A DNA stretch of 41,104 nt from a virus (lineage: Duplodnaviria; Caudoviricetes), in IMG/VR virus record IMGVR_UViG_3300044941_000368, positions 1-41,104 of that record. One strand, written 5' to 3'. The notes beneath the pieces are model-generated. The model saw nothing but the letters and a program-made list of their open reading frames with translations. It had not been told where the DNA came from and did not search any database. A program made the translations under genes and the position numbers. Below, in pieces: positions 7,204-15,988 of the stretch (positions within the stretch are counted from its first letter, which is position 1; every line of letters starts with the position of its first letter).

Positions 7204-7694
7204 ATTTGGTCACTCAGTTTGGTTATTTACAAATCGTTGACTTGGATTTTTTTGTTAAAAATCTACAGGTGCGACCGTTGATTTATGGTGATTTTAGTTA
7301 TCTTCAAAGAATTAGCCATGGAACGATTGTCCATCGCACGACTGATGGACTGGAAACTTTGAAAAACGACAGTTTTGTTAAAATAGAGCCAACAGTCCGT
7401 AAATTTGAAGTAATTGGTGATATTGAGCAGGGAATAACTGAGGATATCAAAAGTAACATCAAAATGAAGGGCGAAGCTAAAAGCGTTGAGCAGATTCTCT
7501 TAGATTATGTTGACAGATTTGGAGAGCCAACACATTTAGTCATGATGCCAAACAATCTGGTTATGCCAGTTAATTTTAATGACTTCCATGTTAAAATTTT
7601 TAGTAATAAATTTGCTTTTTGTTGCATAGAACCAGATAGGTTTTTTTCTTATGAGTATGATTTAAATAAACATTTGAAGGAGATTAGGGCTTGA
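7200..7694 (+). CDS. Hypothetical protein
   Basis: ATGA-coupled 164-aa ORF. Confidence 0.75.
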   Translation: MNLVTQFGYLQIVDLDFFVKNLQVRPLIYGDFSYLQRISHGTIVHRTTDGLETLKNDSFVKIEPTVRKFEVIGDIEQGITEDIKSNIKMKGEAKSVEQILLDYVDRFGEPTHLVMMPNNLVMPVNFNDFHVKIFSNKFAFCCIEPDRFFSYEYDLNKHLKEIRA

Positions 7695-7969
7695 TAAAAG
7701 AATATATAGAGTCTTGGCTTAAAAAGAGAATTGACTATGAGCTTCAGGCTAAGGGAAGGGCTAAAATCAATAATACAGGATGGAAAAAGCTTAAAAATTA
7801 TCATTTGCGTAATTATATCAAGCAGTTAGATAACCCCTTTGGCTTTCTTTTTCAGTTAAAGTACAAACATAGGGGGCTTTTTAAGGATATATCTTGCGCA
7901 AATAGGCTTTATTATGTAGAATTAGATAAAAGAAATGAAAAGATGGGATTGACAAAAAAGGAATGGTAG
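7691..7969 (+). CDS. Hypothetical basic protein
   Basis: TTG start overlapping the previous stop; SD AAGGAG. Confidence 0.6.
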   Translation: MIKEYIESWLKKRIDYELQAKGRAKINNTGWKKLKNYHLRNYIKQLDNPFGFLFQLKYKHRGLFKDISCANRLYYVELDKRNEKMGLTKKEW

Positions 7970-7976
7970 TCCGAAA

Positions 7977-8147
7977 ATGACAACGACATGGCTTTTGATT
8001 GTATTTTTAAGGGCGGGCAATGCTGGCGGAAGCCAAGTGATCGGAAACTTTTTTAGTTTACAGTCCTGTTCGGCTGCTGCCAAGGAAATAAAGGCGGATA
8101 TGGGCGCGATATATGAGGCACATTCTTGTGTGCAAGTTAATAGGTAA
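7977..8147 (+). CDS. Small exported/membrane protein (56 aa, two Cys; not in ORF track)
   Basis: MTTTWLLIVFL...FFSLQSCSAAA...SCVQVNR; translated by hand. Confidence 0.5.
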   Translation: MTTTWLLIVFLRAGNAGGSQVIGNFFSLQSCSAAAKEIKADMGAIYEAHSCVQVNR

Positions 8148-8190
8148 GGTATTATTGATTGTTTTGATTAGCATTGCAAGGGGAATTGGT

Positions 8191-8820
8191 ATGGAATTGG
8201 AAAACTATATGGATCGATACGGCAGAGTTCATGACGAAATAACCACAAATGGATCTGCTTCATCAAATAACGGCTGGTTATTTACGGCAGTGGCCCATAA
8301 GCTTGGGGCTGACTTGAATATCGACCCTGTAGCTGCCCGTTGGTGTGTAGAAAAAAAGGAAAGACACCCGTTTGTGTCAAAAACCCCGCCTATTTCGCGT
8401 GACGAAGTTCTCGGCCTTGTCGCTCTTGGGTTTATGACCAAAAAAGACCTAAAGGATTGGAATTTCAGCCCCTACAAAGTGCCTAAATTTAGCTTGCAAA
8501 ATCTTTTGCTACAAGCAATTAAGTTGGTAGACTGGAAAAAGCTCAAGCTCAAGCATAGAAATACCTTTTGGAAGGAAGGGTATGACCAAATCTATAGATT
8601 TGCTTTTTCTGTGCCGCTTTCTGACCGTCATTTTATTTTAAAAAAGTCTGGAAAGTATAATTTTTTCTATCACATGATTCATATTGCTGCTCATTTCAAG
8701 CAGCCTTCTGATAGGTCGGCTCGACTGCTTAGATTTTTAAAAACAGGCAAGGACAGGACTGCCGTATTAAATTACTTTGGGCCAGATCACCCCTTAGCAA
8801 GGATGTCAAATGCTTATTGA
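8191..8820 (+). CDS. Hypothetical protein
   Basis: SD AAGGGG before ATG 8191; overlaps the next gene. Confidence 0.75.
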   Translation: MELENYMDRYGRVHDEITTNGSASSNNGWLFTAVAHKLGADLNIDPVAARWCVEKKERHPFVSKTPPISRDEVLGLVALGFMTKKDLKDWNFSPYKVPKFSLQNLLLQAIKLVDWKKLKLKHRNTFWKEGYDQIYRFAFSVPLSDRHFILKKSGKYNFFYHMIHIAAHFKQPSDRSARLLRFLKTGKDRTAVLNYFGPDHPLARMSNAY

Positions 8821-9253
8821 AGAGTTTAACAGTATTATAGCCAAGCACAGGCTACATGCGCCCGCAGGCACCGAAGTTCGCATCCTTAGGGAAATGGGCG
8901 GAGAGGTTCAAGTTGAGATTATGGGCAAAAAGGTTTGGGTTGAAAAGCGACTAACCAAACCTTACACACCTGAACATAGTAGGTCAGAGTTTGAGCCGCA
9001 ATGCTCTCTTGATTTGGATGATTTTCAGCTCCCTGCTGGGCCATTTAAGCTTTTAATGTGGATTCGCCACCTAGAGCAGCCCGTATTTAGCGGCAAGCAT
9101 GCGGAAAGATCAATTAATATGGCATCTAGAACGGTTAGGGACAATCTAAAATACCTAGAGCTAGCTGGAAAGATTTCTGTTCAGCATTTTGCAGGTCGAG
9201 GTTACAAAGTCACCTTAAAGGAGGAAAACAATGACAAAGCCAAAATCCACTGA
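8810..9253 (+). CDS. Putative DNA-binding protein with C-terminal winged HTH
   Basis: AERSINMASRTVRDNLKYLELAGKI...GRGYKV pattern. Confidence 0.65.
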   Translation: MLIEEFNSIIAKHRLHAPAGTEVRILREMGGEVQVEIMGKKVWVEKRLTKPYTPEHSRSEFEPQCSLDLDDFQLPAGPFKLLMWIRHLEQPVFSGKHAERSINMASRTVRDNLKYLELAGKISVQHFAGRGYKVTLKEENNDKAKIH

Positions 9254-9596
9254 AGAAATTGTCAACCCCAACCCCGAGGGGCTGGAAAAAGCACAGAAAA
9301 TTGTTAAAGACTTGTATAATCACGAAGTATCAGAAGAGTTTCTTAGGCAAATGGAAGAGTGCCTTATTGAAGATCGTTATTTTCTAGCGGATTCAGAAAA
9401 AAAAGGGCGACTAATGGAGTCTGGATTTTACTTGAATCAGCAGGGCAACCTTGCAATTGTTTATCCTGACCAATCAACAGAGGTGTGGGTAGACACAAAC
9501 GATCAGGTCTATTTTAATGAGAACAATTGGATGAAGTTTAAAATGAATGACTTCTACGCTAGCTTTTTTAATTGGGAGTTCTTATGTCCACTATGA
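9231..9596 (+). CDS. Hypothetical protein
   Basis: Strong SD AAAGGAGG at 9217-9224. Confidence 0.75.
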   Translation: MTKPKSTEEIVNPNPEGLEKAQKIVKDLYNHEVSEEFLRQMEECLIEDRYFLADSEKKGRLMESGFYLNQQGNLAIVYPDQSTEVWVDTNDQVYFNENNWMKFKMNDFYASFFNWEFLCPL

Positions 9597-9898
9597 ACGA
9601 AGAAGGAAGTGTTAAATGGTCTCTTTTGGTTGTTGTCTTAGCTCTTACAATTGCAGAAAGCTTAGATGAAAAGCGACCACAATTAGAGTATGAGGTGGAA
9701 GTGGCTGAAAAGATTGAGGATATTCCTAAGCCAGAAGAGCTGCGCGAGCAAGTTACGGCGCCAGATGTAGATCCGCAGCCAGAAGAGCTGCGCGAGCAAG
9801 TTACGGCGCCAGATGTAGATCCGCTCACCCCACCGCTTAAACCATGTGAAATAGACCCTAAAAAGATAGAATGTGTGTTGGAGGCTATGGAGCTATGA
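9584..9898 (+). CDS. Membrane-anchored acidic/Pro-rich protein with a 16-aa duplication
   Basis: N-terminal hydrophobic helix; PEELREQVTAPDVDP occurs twice. Confidence 0.7.
   Translation: MSTMNEEGSVKWSLLVVVLALTIAESLDEKRPQLEYEVEVAEKIEDIPKPEELREQVTAPDVDPQPEELREQVTAPDVDPLTPPLKPCEIDPKKIECVLEAMEL
9729..9824 (+). repeat. Perfect 2 x 48-bp tandem duplication
   Basis: AGCCAGAAGAGCTGCGCGAGCAAGTTACGGCGCCAGATGTAGATCCGC at 9729 and 9777. Confidence 0.95.
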
Positions 9899-10107
9899 AC
9901 CCTCAAAAAGAACTTGATATTTTTTTAAAAAACAATCCGCATTTGATGCCGTTCCAACATCGTATTAGTAAAAAATTAAATGAAGTGCCCGAAGAAATGC
10001 GAATTATCGCCCTTAGCCAGCTTTTAGTAGATAACCTTCAGGAGTTAGCTACAGAACTAACGCTTTTGCAAATAAAAATTGAGGAATTAAATGCTTCTCA
10101 AATATAG
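9895..10107 (+). CDS. Hypothetical protein
   Basis: ATGA-coupled ORF with a coiled-coil-like C-terminus. Confidence 0.7.
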   Translation: MNPQKELDIFLKNNPHLMPFQHRISKKLNEVPEEMRIIALSQLLVDNLQELATELTLLQIKIEELNASQI

Positions 10108-10678
10108 ATTTTGGCTTACCGTTGTAATTCTTTTTCATCTTGCTTTTGTAATTGGAATGGGCGATAAGGGCGATGGTGACGGTCAAAATGAAGGTCAGAA
10201 GCAGGAGCAAGGGGGCGGAGGAAATCAGGATGAGGGGAATAGGCTTTATGATGCTGAAGATGACAGGTTTGGCTCGTTCATTAATAAACCCGAAAAAAGA
10301 AAGTCTATATCTAAAATAAAAATCCATTTTGAAGATGTAGGTGAAAAGAAGGCGGACGAGAAAGAGGCGGAAGAAGCAAAAGATTCGTCAAAGGAATGCG
10401 GTAAAGATTTCTATTACGGCGTCGGGGTACAATTTGATTATAACGATACAATACTTGAGGTAGGTCAAGGCTATGCGGCCGATAGAGCTGGGCTGAAGAA
10501 AGGTGACAAAGTGTTGGGGTATGTTGACCATGCTAACCCAAAGGTGTTTGTTGAGGGAATTAACTTTAGAGGTACAGAAGGTGTTGGAATTGATATTTAC
10601 GTTATTCGGAACGGAGAGAAGCTAAAATTTAGTATGGTTAGGGAAAAAATTTGCTACAACAAAAAAGATACCCCATAA
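10091..10678 (+). CDS. Membrane-anchored PDZ-domain protein
   Basis: N-terminal TM, low-complexity linker, then YYGVGVQF...GYAADRAGLKKGDKVL...IYVIRNGE (protease-type PDZ signature); no protease domain. Confidence 0.8.
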   Translation: MLLKYRFWLTVVILFHLAFVIGMGDKGDGDGQNEGQKQEQGGGGNQDEGNRLYDAEDDRFGSFINKPEKRKSISKIKIHFEDVGEKKADEKEAEEAKDSSKECGKDFYYGVGVQFDYNDTILEVGQGYAADRAGLKKGDKVLGYVDHANPKVFVEGINFRGTEGVGIDIYVIRNGEKLKFSMVREKICYNKKDTP

Positions 10679-10707
10679 GGTGGTATATAACATAAAAAGG
10701 AGATTTT

Positions 10708-10893
10708 ATGCCAAGCACAAAAAATGGAACAGCAACACGACGCAACAAGAAACTGACAAAAGGATCGGTCAATTTTATCGTTAAAAATGCAGGCAAGCTT
10801 TCTGGACGTGCGATTGCCAATATTCTTCACCGCCCTCTTAAGACGGTACAGAGCGTTGCACACCGAAACGGTGTTAGCTTGAAGGTAGGCTAA
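10708..10893 (+). CDS. Small basic HTH-like DNA-binding protein
   Basis: LSGRAIANILHRPLKTVQSVAHRNGVSL; SD AAGGAG; TGGTATATAA at 10681. Confidence 0.7.
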   Translation: MPSTKNGTATRRNKKLTKGSVNFIVKNAGKLSGRAIANILHRPLKTVQSVAHRNGVSLKVG

Positions 10894-11028
10894 TGAATAT
10901 TATTGGCTTAGAAAACTTAACTACGGGAGCAAAGATTTATATCGGTTTTCAACTTGTGTATTTGGCGTTGGGGCTGTTTTACACCTACGTCCAAGTACAG
11001 ATTTTGAAAAATTTGAAAAATAAATAAT

Positions 11029-11148
11029 ATGCTTAACAAGAAGGTTTTAGAAAAAGCCAAGAAATTAGCTATCATAGCTGGAATAATAGCCCTGCCCGGC
11101 GGGGCTATTATAGCCATAGGCTTGTTGCTAAAAAAGAAGAAAAAATGA
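11029..11148 (+). CDS. Small membrane peptide (39 aa; not in ORF track)
   Basis: Basic-hydrophobic-basic sequence (IIALPGGAII); ATGA-coupled to the dCMP deaminase gene. Confidence 0.45.
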   Translation: MLNKKVLEKAKKLAIIAGIIALPGGAIIAIGLLLKKKKK

Positions 11149-11597
11149 ATTGGAGCGAATACTTTACAAATTTATCCGAAGCGGTCTCAAAAAAGTCAAA
11201 AGACCCCTCCACAAAAGTCGGAGCTGTGATTGTTGACCAAAACAACACGGTTGTGTCTGTCGGATATAATGGATTTATCCAAGGATGTGATGAATCCAAG
11301 CTATCTTGGGAAAGACCGCACAAATATTTGTATGTAATTCATGCAGAAATGAATGCTTTACTCTTCGCAAAACGAAATTTACAAGGTACTAAGATGTTTT
11401 TGACGGACGCTCCGTGCGATAACTGCCTGAAACATTGCCTTCAAGCTGGAATTAGAGAAATTTATTATAAATCTGCCGACGTTATGGCTCAAAGAGGTAG
11501 CCAAGATCAAAAAAATGCCATCAAAAAGCTAATTGAAGCAACTGGAGCGAAGGTGGTTAACGTCATAAATGGCAAAAACATCGAGGAAGAGCTATGA
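11145..11597 (+). CDS. dCMP deaminase
   Basis: SKDPSTKVGAVIV...GYNG...HAEMNAL...PCDNC zinc-deaminase motifs. Confidence 0.95.
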   Translation: MNWSEYFTNLSEAVSKKSKDPSTKVGAVIVDQNNTVVSVGYNGFIQGCDESKLSWERPHKYLYVIHAEMNALLFAKRNLQGTKMFLTDAPCDNCLKHCLQAGIREIYYKSADVMAQRGSQDQKNAIKKLIEATGAKVVNVINGKNIEEEL

Positions 11598-11752
11598 AAA
11601 TGCTTAAATTATTGGTTTTATTGGTCATTTTTGGGTGTTCAACGCCTCAACAAGCCCCCTCCTGTTATGGGCAGATTAATCGTGAGCTTGAAGAGTGTCT
11701 TCATTGGCAACGAACAGCTCCCTATAACGGTTCAAGAGATTTTTTGCCTTAA
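11594..11752 (+). CDS. Small putative lipoprotein (52 aa; not in ORF track)
   Basis: MKMLKLLVLLVIFG-C lipobox-like signal; ATGA-coupled. Confidence 0.55.
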   Translation: MKMLKLLVLLVIFGCSTPQQAPSCYGQINRELEECLHWQRTAPYNGSRDFLP

Positions 11753-11755
11753 TTC

Positions 11756-11785
11756 TTGACACTTTTATACTCTTTGCGCGATAAT
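11756..11785 (+). promoter_or_regulatory. Putative sigma70-type promoter
   Basis: TTGACA-18 nt-GATAAT before SD AAGGAGG/ATG 11803. Confidence 0.5.
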
Positions 11786-11802
11786 ATGTGCAAGGAGGAT
11801 TT

Positions 11803-11979
11803 ATGGAAAACAAAAAATTGATTGATTTTTATTCTAAAAACTTAGAAAAACTAGATAATGAGTGGAAAAAAAATTGCTTTGACGGTAAAAGATCAATAAA
11901 AGAAAGTGGAGACTTATATTTTAACAGTAAAGCTTTTTGGGAATTTGTTGTAAAAAAATTTAGAAAAAAGCATGAATGA
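11803..11979 (+). CDS. Hypothetical protein
   Basis: Strong SD AAGGAGG. Confidence 0.7.
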   Translation: MENKKLIDFYSKNLEKLDNEWKKNCFDGKRSIKESGDLYFNSKAFWEFVVKKFRKKHE

Positions 11980-12114
11980 TTACGAACAAGAAAGATTAAG
12001 ATACGAGGAGCAAAGACTGCAGCTTCAAAAGCATGCGCTTAAATTGCAGGTGATCCAAGTTCTTGTAACTATGGGAATTCCCTTTGTTCTTTTTATTTTA
12101 GGAAGGATTTTTAA

Positions 12115-12321
12115 ATGAAAGATCTTAAAAACGAAATTAATCGTTCTTTTACAGGGGTAATGACTAAGGTTGATCTTTTGGCTACACTCACAACGGAAGA
12201 GATTGCCAACTTAAGTAATAGAGTCCAAATGATCGAAAATGCTCTATCTGTAATGCAAGAGGCTATGCTTAGAATGGAGCAAGCTATAAAGGAATCCAAT
12301 GAGTTATCAAAGCCAGATTAG
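12115..12321 (+). CDS. Hypothetical coiled-coil protein
   Basis: SD AAGGA; overlaps its neighbours. Confidence 0.65.
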   Translation: MKDLKNEINRSFTGVMTKVDLLATLTTEEIANLSNRVQMIENALSVMQEAMLRMEQAIKESNELSKPD

Positions 12322-12508
12322 CAATTTGAAGCGACAAAATAAAGCCCTTATCTTTGGGTTGGCTTTGTCAATTGCAATTAATATTTTTGTTAATGTAAAA
12401 AAAGATAAGATTATCAAAAACAAAAACCAACAAGTTGAAAGATATACTGACGTTAGTTTAGAACTTATTAAAGATTTGGAAAGATGTAAACAGCAAATTA
12501 AAGATTGA
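12299..12508 (+). CDS. Single-TM coiled-coil protein
   Basis: ALIFGLALSIAINIFV hydrophobic segment; SD AAGGA. Confidence 0.65.
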   Translation: MSYQSQISNLKRQNKALIFGLALSIAINIFVNVKKDKIIKNKNQQVERYTDVSLELIKDLERCKQQIKD

Positions 12509-12517
12509 GGGTTCAAG

Positions 12518-13225
12518 ATGGACTTTACCTGTCCCGTATGTCTGGGTTCTGGAAAAAGACTCGATCTTATTTGCGGGTGGTGTAATGGTTTGGGGTTTGA
12601 GCGGAAAATCTCAAAAAAAGAAATGATAGAGTTTATTAAAAACGAATGCTCTAAAAACAACATTGATCTCAAAATAGAAGAAGGCGCTGAAGTTTATTGT
12701 GGAGATATAGAATGCGCCGCTTATTTTTCAATTGAAAATAAAGAAATAAAAATAGCCAAAAACACTGTTCACTTTTTTGAAAACCTTTTGCATGAATTTT
12801 GCCATTTAAGGCAATATTTGTGGCAAACCAAGGCGTGGAAGGAAGCTGTTGTAAATGGAAGAGACGCTGCTGACATTATTGATATGTTTGTTCTTAATAA
12901 AAAAAATATTTCTTTAGAGGATTTTAAAACAGCAATCCAAAAAACTATTCAGTTGGAGTGGGAATGTGAAAATATGGTGCTGGAATACTTGCGCCATATT
13001 AAGGACTACTCAGAGCAGAGAATCGAATCTTATAAGCTTAACGCCTACGTTTATATGAGATTTTACAGAGGAGTTGAGCACTTTAAAAAGTGGCATCTAC
13101 CTAACAAAAACTACCAAAAAATGGGGATTCATGGGCAATATGTGGAGCGTTTAAATTGTCTCCCTGCCTATGACGACCCGATTACGGATCAGGAAATTGA
13201 GATTGTAAAGGGGTGTTTTGAATGA
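12518..13225 (+). CDS. HExxH metallopeptidase-like protein with N-terminal DnaJ-type zinc finger
   Basis: CPVCLGSG...CGWCNGLG, then LLHEFCH and a distal E (LEWECE). Confidence 0.7.
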   Translation: MDFTCPVCLGSGKRLDLICGWCNGLGFERKISKKEMIEFIKNECSKNNIDLKIEEGAEVYCGDIECAAYFSIENKEIKIAKNTVHFFENLLHEFCHLRQYLWQTKAWKEAVVNGRDAADIIDMFVLNKKNISLEDFKTAIQKTIQLEWECENMVLEYLRHIKDYSEQRIESYKLNAYVYMRFYRGVEHFKKWHLPNKNYQKMGIHGQYVERLNCLPAYDDPITDQEIEIVKGCFE

Positions 13226-13680
13226 GAACGATTAAAATTTATTGGGAAATGATTTGCCGAATGGTTTGGTGGGGCTGGAACATGCGCCATAGCCATGATT
13301 GGGACTTTGCCTACCTATACCGCACTATGTATTTAAAGCTTAGCAGAATGGAAAAAACGCTATTGTCCAAAAACAGCTACGCTCTATGGACAACCCAAGA
13401 AAAAAGCAGGATTTACAGATCCTTGCAGGAAGCAACGGAGATAGCCAAGAGACTAAGCGAGGGCGAAGAAGACTCCCGATTTACCATGCAATTCTTTGAA
13501 AAATACGGGTTTAGAGGCAGCCTTGCAAGCTTGGTGGATGGAGAGGTTGAAAAAATACCCGAAGCAAGATATAATCAGATGTACAGAGCCGCAATAAAAA
13601 AGGATAAGGCTCATTATGATGGGCTTAAAAAAAGGTTCTACTATCTACTGAGCACTTTTGGCGAAAGATGGTGGGATTAG
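13222..13680 (+). CDS. Hypothetical phage protein
   Basis: ATGA-coupled; HDWDFAYL...KLSRME...RWWD. Confidence 0.8.
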   Translation: MRTIKIYWEMICRMVWWGWNMRHSHDWDFAYLYRTMYLKLSRMEKTLLSKNSYALWTTQEKSRIYRSLQEATEIAKRLSEGEEDSRFTMQFFEKYGFRGSLASLVDGEVEKIPEARYNQMYRAAIKKDKAHYDGLKKRFYYLLSTFGERWWD

Positions 13681-14307
13681 ATGAAAAATAGAAAGGCAAT
13701 TTTCTTTACCTCGGATTGGCATATTGGGCATGCTAATGTCCTAGCTTTCGATAATAGGCCGTTTAAGGATCTTGACGAAATGCACAAGGCTCTTGTACGA
13801 AATTATAACGCAACCGTTCCTGAATGCGGCGTTTGCTACTTTCTGGGCGATATTGGCATGGGAACCGTTGAGGTTGTTAGAGAGGTTATTTCTCAATTAA
13901 ATGGAATTAAAGTTTTAGTCAGGGGAAACCACGATCGTAAAATGCACTCTTGCTATGAGCTGGGTTTTGATGTAGTATTAAATGAGGCCGCCATTTATAT
14001 TCAAAATGAGCGTGTAACTATGACACATTGCCCACTAAGAGGTACGTTTAGAGAAGACGTTATGGGTATGAAAGGGATTGTTGGGACTGAAAACTGGCAT
14101 GGAGAGTATAAACAAAAAGAATTTTCGATTGAAAATCGAGGGCAGTACCATTTGCACGGGCATATTCATAGCCCAAATGGTGGTAAAAGCCAGAAAATTC
14201 TTGGGCGTCAATACGATGTGGGGGTGCCAGCCAATAGATACAGACCAGTAAGTATTTCCGAGATTGAATCTTGGATTGTAAAAACTAAAGGAATGAGAAA
14301 TGTTTGA
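13681..14307 (+). CDS. Calcineurin-like metallophosphoesterase
   Basis: SDWHIGH, LGD, GNHD, THCP, LHGHIH motifs. Confidence 0.92.
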   Translation: MKNRKAIFFTSDWHIGHANVLAFDNRPFKDLDEMHKALVRNYNATVPECGVCYFLGDIGMGTVEVVREVISQLNGIKVLVRGNHDRKMHSCYELGFDVVLNEAAIYIQNERVTMTHCPLRGTFREDVMGMKGIVGTENWHGEYKQKEFSIENRGQYHLHGHIHSPNGGKSQKILGRQYDVGVPANRYRPVSISEIESWIVKTKGMRNV

Positions 14308-14488
14308 GGTAGGTGACAAGGTGGCAGCCTTTGGTAATCAAGGGGTTGTACATTCGATTTCATCTAACGGTATGTTTTTACATGTCAAATTTAAAGAATT
14401 TGAATCTTTGGTTGTTTTTAATATCGACGGGAGATTGTTTAAATGGAACAAGAAGCCGACACTCAAAAAAGTCAAGTCAAAAAAATAA
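14300..14488 (+). CDS. Small SH3/KOW-like beta-barrel protein
   Basis: FEVGDKV...GVV pattern; SD AAAGGA. Confidence 0.65.
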   Translation: MFEVGDKVAAFGNQGVVHSISSNGMFLHVKFKEFESLVVFNIDGRLFKWNKKPTLKKVKSKK

Positions 14489-14643
14489 CACAAGAGCCAG
14501 CTTTTATTTTCTGGCTTGGAATGGTATTCGGCATGATAATTACAGCGGGCGTGTTCGGGCATGATGTTGTACCAAAAAGTATGCTTAAAAAGAAAAGTTT
14601 TTATATGGACGGTAAATATTATGAAATAAAGGAGTTAAAATGA
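14443..14643 (+). CDS. Small single-TM protein
   Basis: FIFWLGMVFGMIITAGVF segment. Confidence 0.55.
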   Translation: MEQEADTQKSQVKKITQEPAFIFWLGMVFGMIITAGVFGHDVVPKSMLKKKSFYMDGKYYEIKELK

Positions 14644-14809
14644 AACTGCAGGTAGAAATTAAAGCTATTCTAAACGAGGAAGATCCATCTTATCGAACTA
14701 TTACGACACTTGGCATTGAAAAGGCCGTAGAAAAGTTTAAAAAAGATCTAGAGTCTAAAGGTGTGTCTAGCCTTGAACTTAAAATTACGGAAGTAAATGA
14801 ATAATATTT

Positions 14810-15169
14810 ATGAAGTTTACGCAACATGATATTGTCCTTTACAGAGGAAACAGAGCAAAAGTTTTAACTGGTTGGCATTCTATCTCTGGCAAGCCTAAGT
14901 ATCGAATCGAGATACTTGACGGCGCCGCCAAGGGCATGTCCCTTGAAGTGGTAGAAGATAGGCTTGAAAAAAGCAATGATTTGTGGGATGCAGAGGATAA
15001 GTCGAACTATATTTTAGGGGTAGATACTGAAAAAAGATGCCCTTCCTGCGGCTCCAATTGGGTGGTAACTAGGTTTAACGGTAAGGTGTGGTATGACTGC
15101 ACATATTGCAAAAAAACCAAGGAAGAAATTATGAAGCAGTATCCTCCTAAATTTAACCACCGCCCTTAG
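14810..15169 (+). CDS. Hypothetical protein with C-terminal zinc ribbon
   Basis: CPSCG...CTYC. Confidence 0.75.
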   Translation: MKFTQHDIVLYRGNRAKVLTGWHSISGKPKYRIEILDGAAKGMSLEVVEDRLEKSNDLWDAEDKSNYILGVDTEKRCPSCGSNWVVTRFNGKVWYDCTYCKKTKEEIMKQYPPKFNHRP

Positions 15170-15336
15170 GAGAATTAAGTGCCTATTTTTACCGTAGAGT
15201 GTGTTTTGGGCTGGATATTTTTATTAATATTTTTATACCATACCCATTTACAAAACTTTCAAGATGGGATATTCTTTGGTGCGGTAGCTTTTGTTCTGTT
15301 CGTGGTAGATATAATTAAGAAAATATGGAGGATTAA

Positions 15337-15987
15337 ATGAAAAAGCCAATTGTCATTGGAATTGTAGCGCCAAAGCAGGCAGGCAAGTCAACCACCACCA
15401 ACATGATGGCTGAGTTTGCTAATGTAAAAGAATCAGCCTTTGCCGATAAGCTTAAAAATTCCTGCGCCAAAGCTTTTGACATCCCTAGACATCATTTTGA
15501 CGATCAAGACAAAAAAGAGACTCCTTTTGAAACGCCTAAAAAGCTGGATCTTGACAAGATTAGCTCTATTTTGAAGGATTATGACGCTCCAATGAATAGT
15601 CAAACGGTAAAATCCAAAATTGTGGGTATGGAGCTGTACACCCCGCGACACATCGCCCAAATTGTTGGCACAGAGCTTCTTCGTGATGGCGTGTCTAAAA
15701 ACATTCATATTGATAATGTAATTATTTATCCAGAAGCAATTACCGTAATTAGCGATACTCGCTTTGAAAATGAATATGAAGTGATGAAGCAAAGAAGCGA
15801 TATTGAGTATCACGCCGTTTATGTTTATAGAAAACAAGCGGAAGATGCGGCAAGGATGTCAAATCATCCGTCTGAAACGGAATTTTTTAAGTTTAAGGAT
15901 AAGTGCCACCTAATTGACAACAATGGGGACCTAAGAGATCTAGAGCTTAATGTTAAAAAGTTTCTAGATAAAATCTTAGTTAAATAA
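15337..15987 (+). CDS. Deoxynucleoside monophosphate kinase (T4 gp1-like)
   Basis: P-loop variant APKQAGKST, FADKLK, TPRHIAQIVGTELLR, SDTRFENE, HPSE, IDNNG. Confidence 0.88.
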   Translation: MKKPIVIGIVAPKQAGKSTTTNMMAEFANVKESAFADKLKNSCAKAFDIPRHHFDDQDKKETPFETPKKLDLDKISSILKDYDAPMNSQTVKSKIVGMELYTPRHIAQIVGTELLRDGVSKNIHIDNVIIYPEAITVISDTRFENEYEVMKQRSDIEYHAVYVYRKQAEDAARMSNHPSETEFFKFKDKCHLIDNNGDLRDLELNVKKFLDKILVK

Positions 15988-15988
15988 T

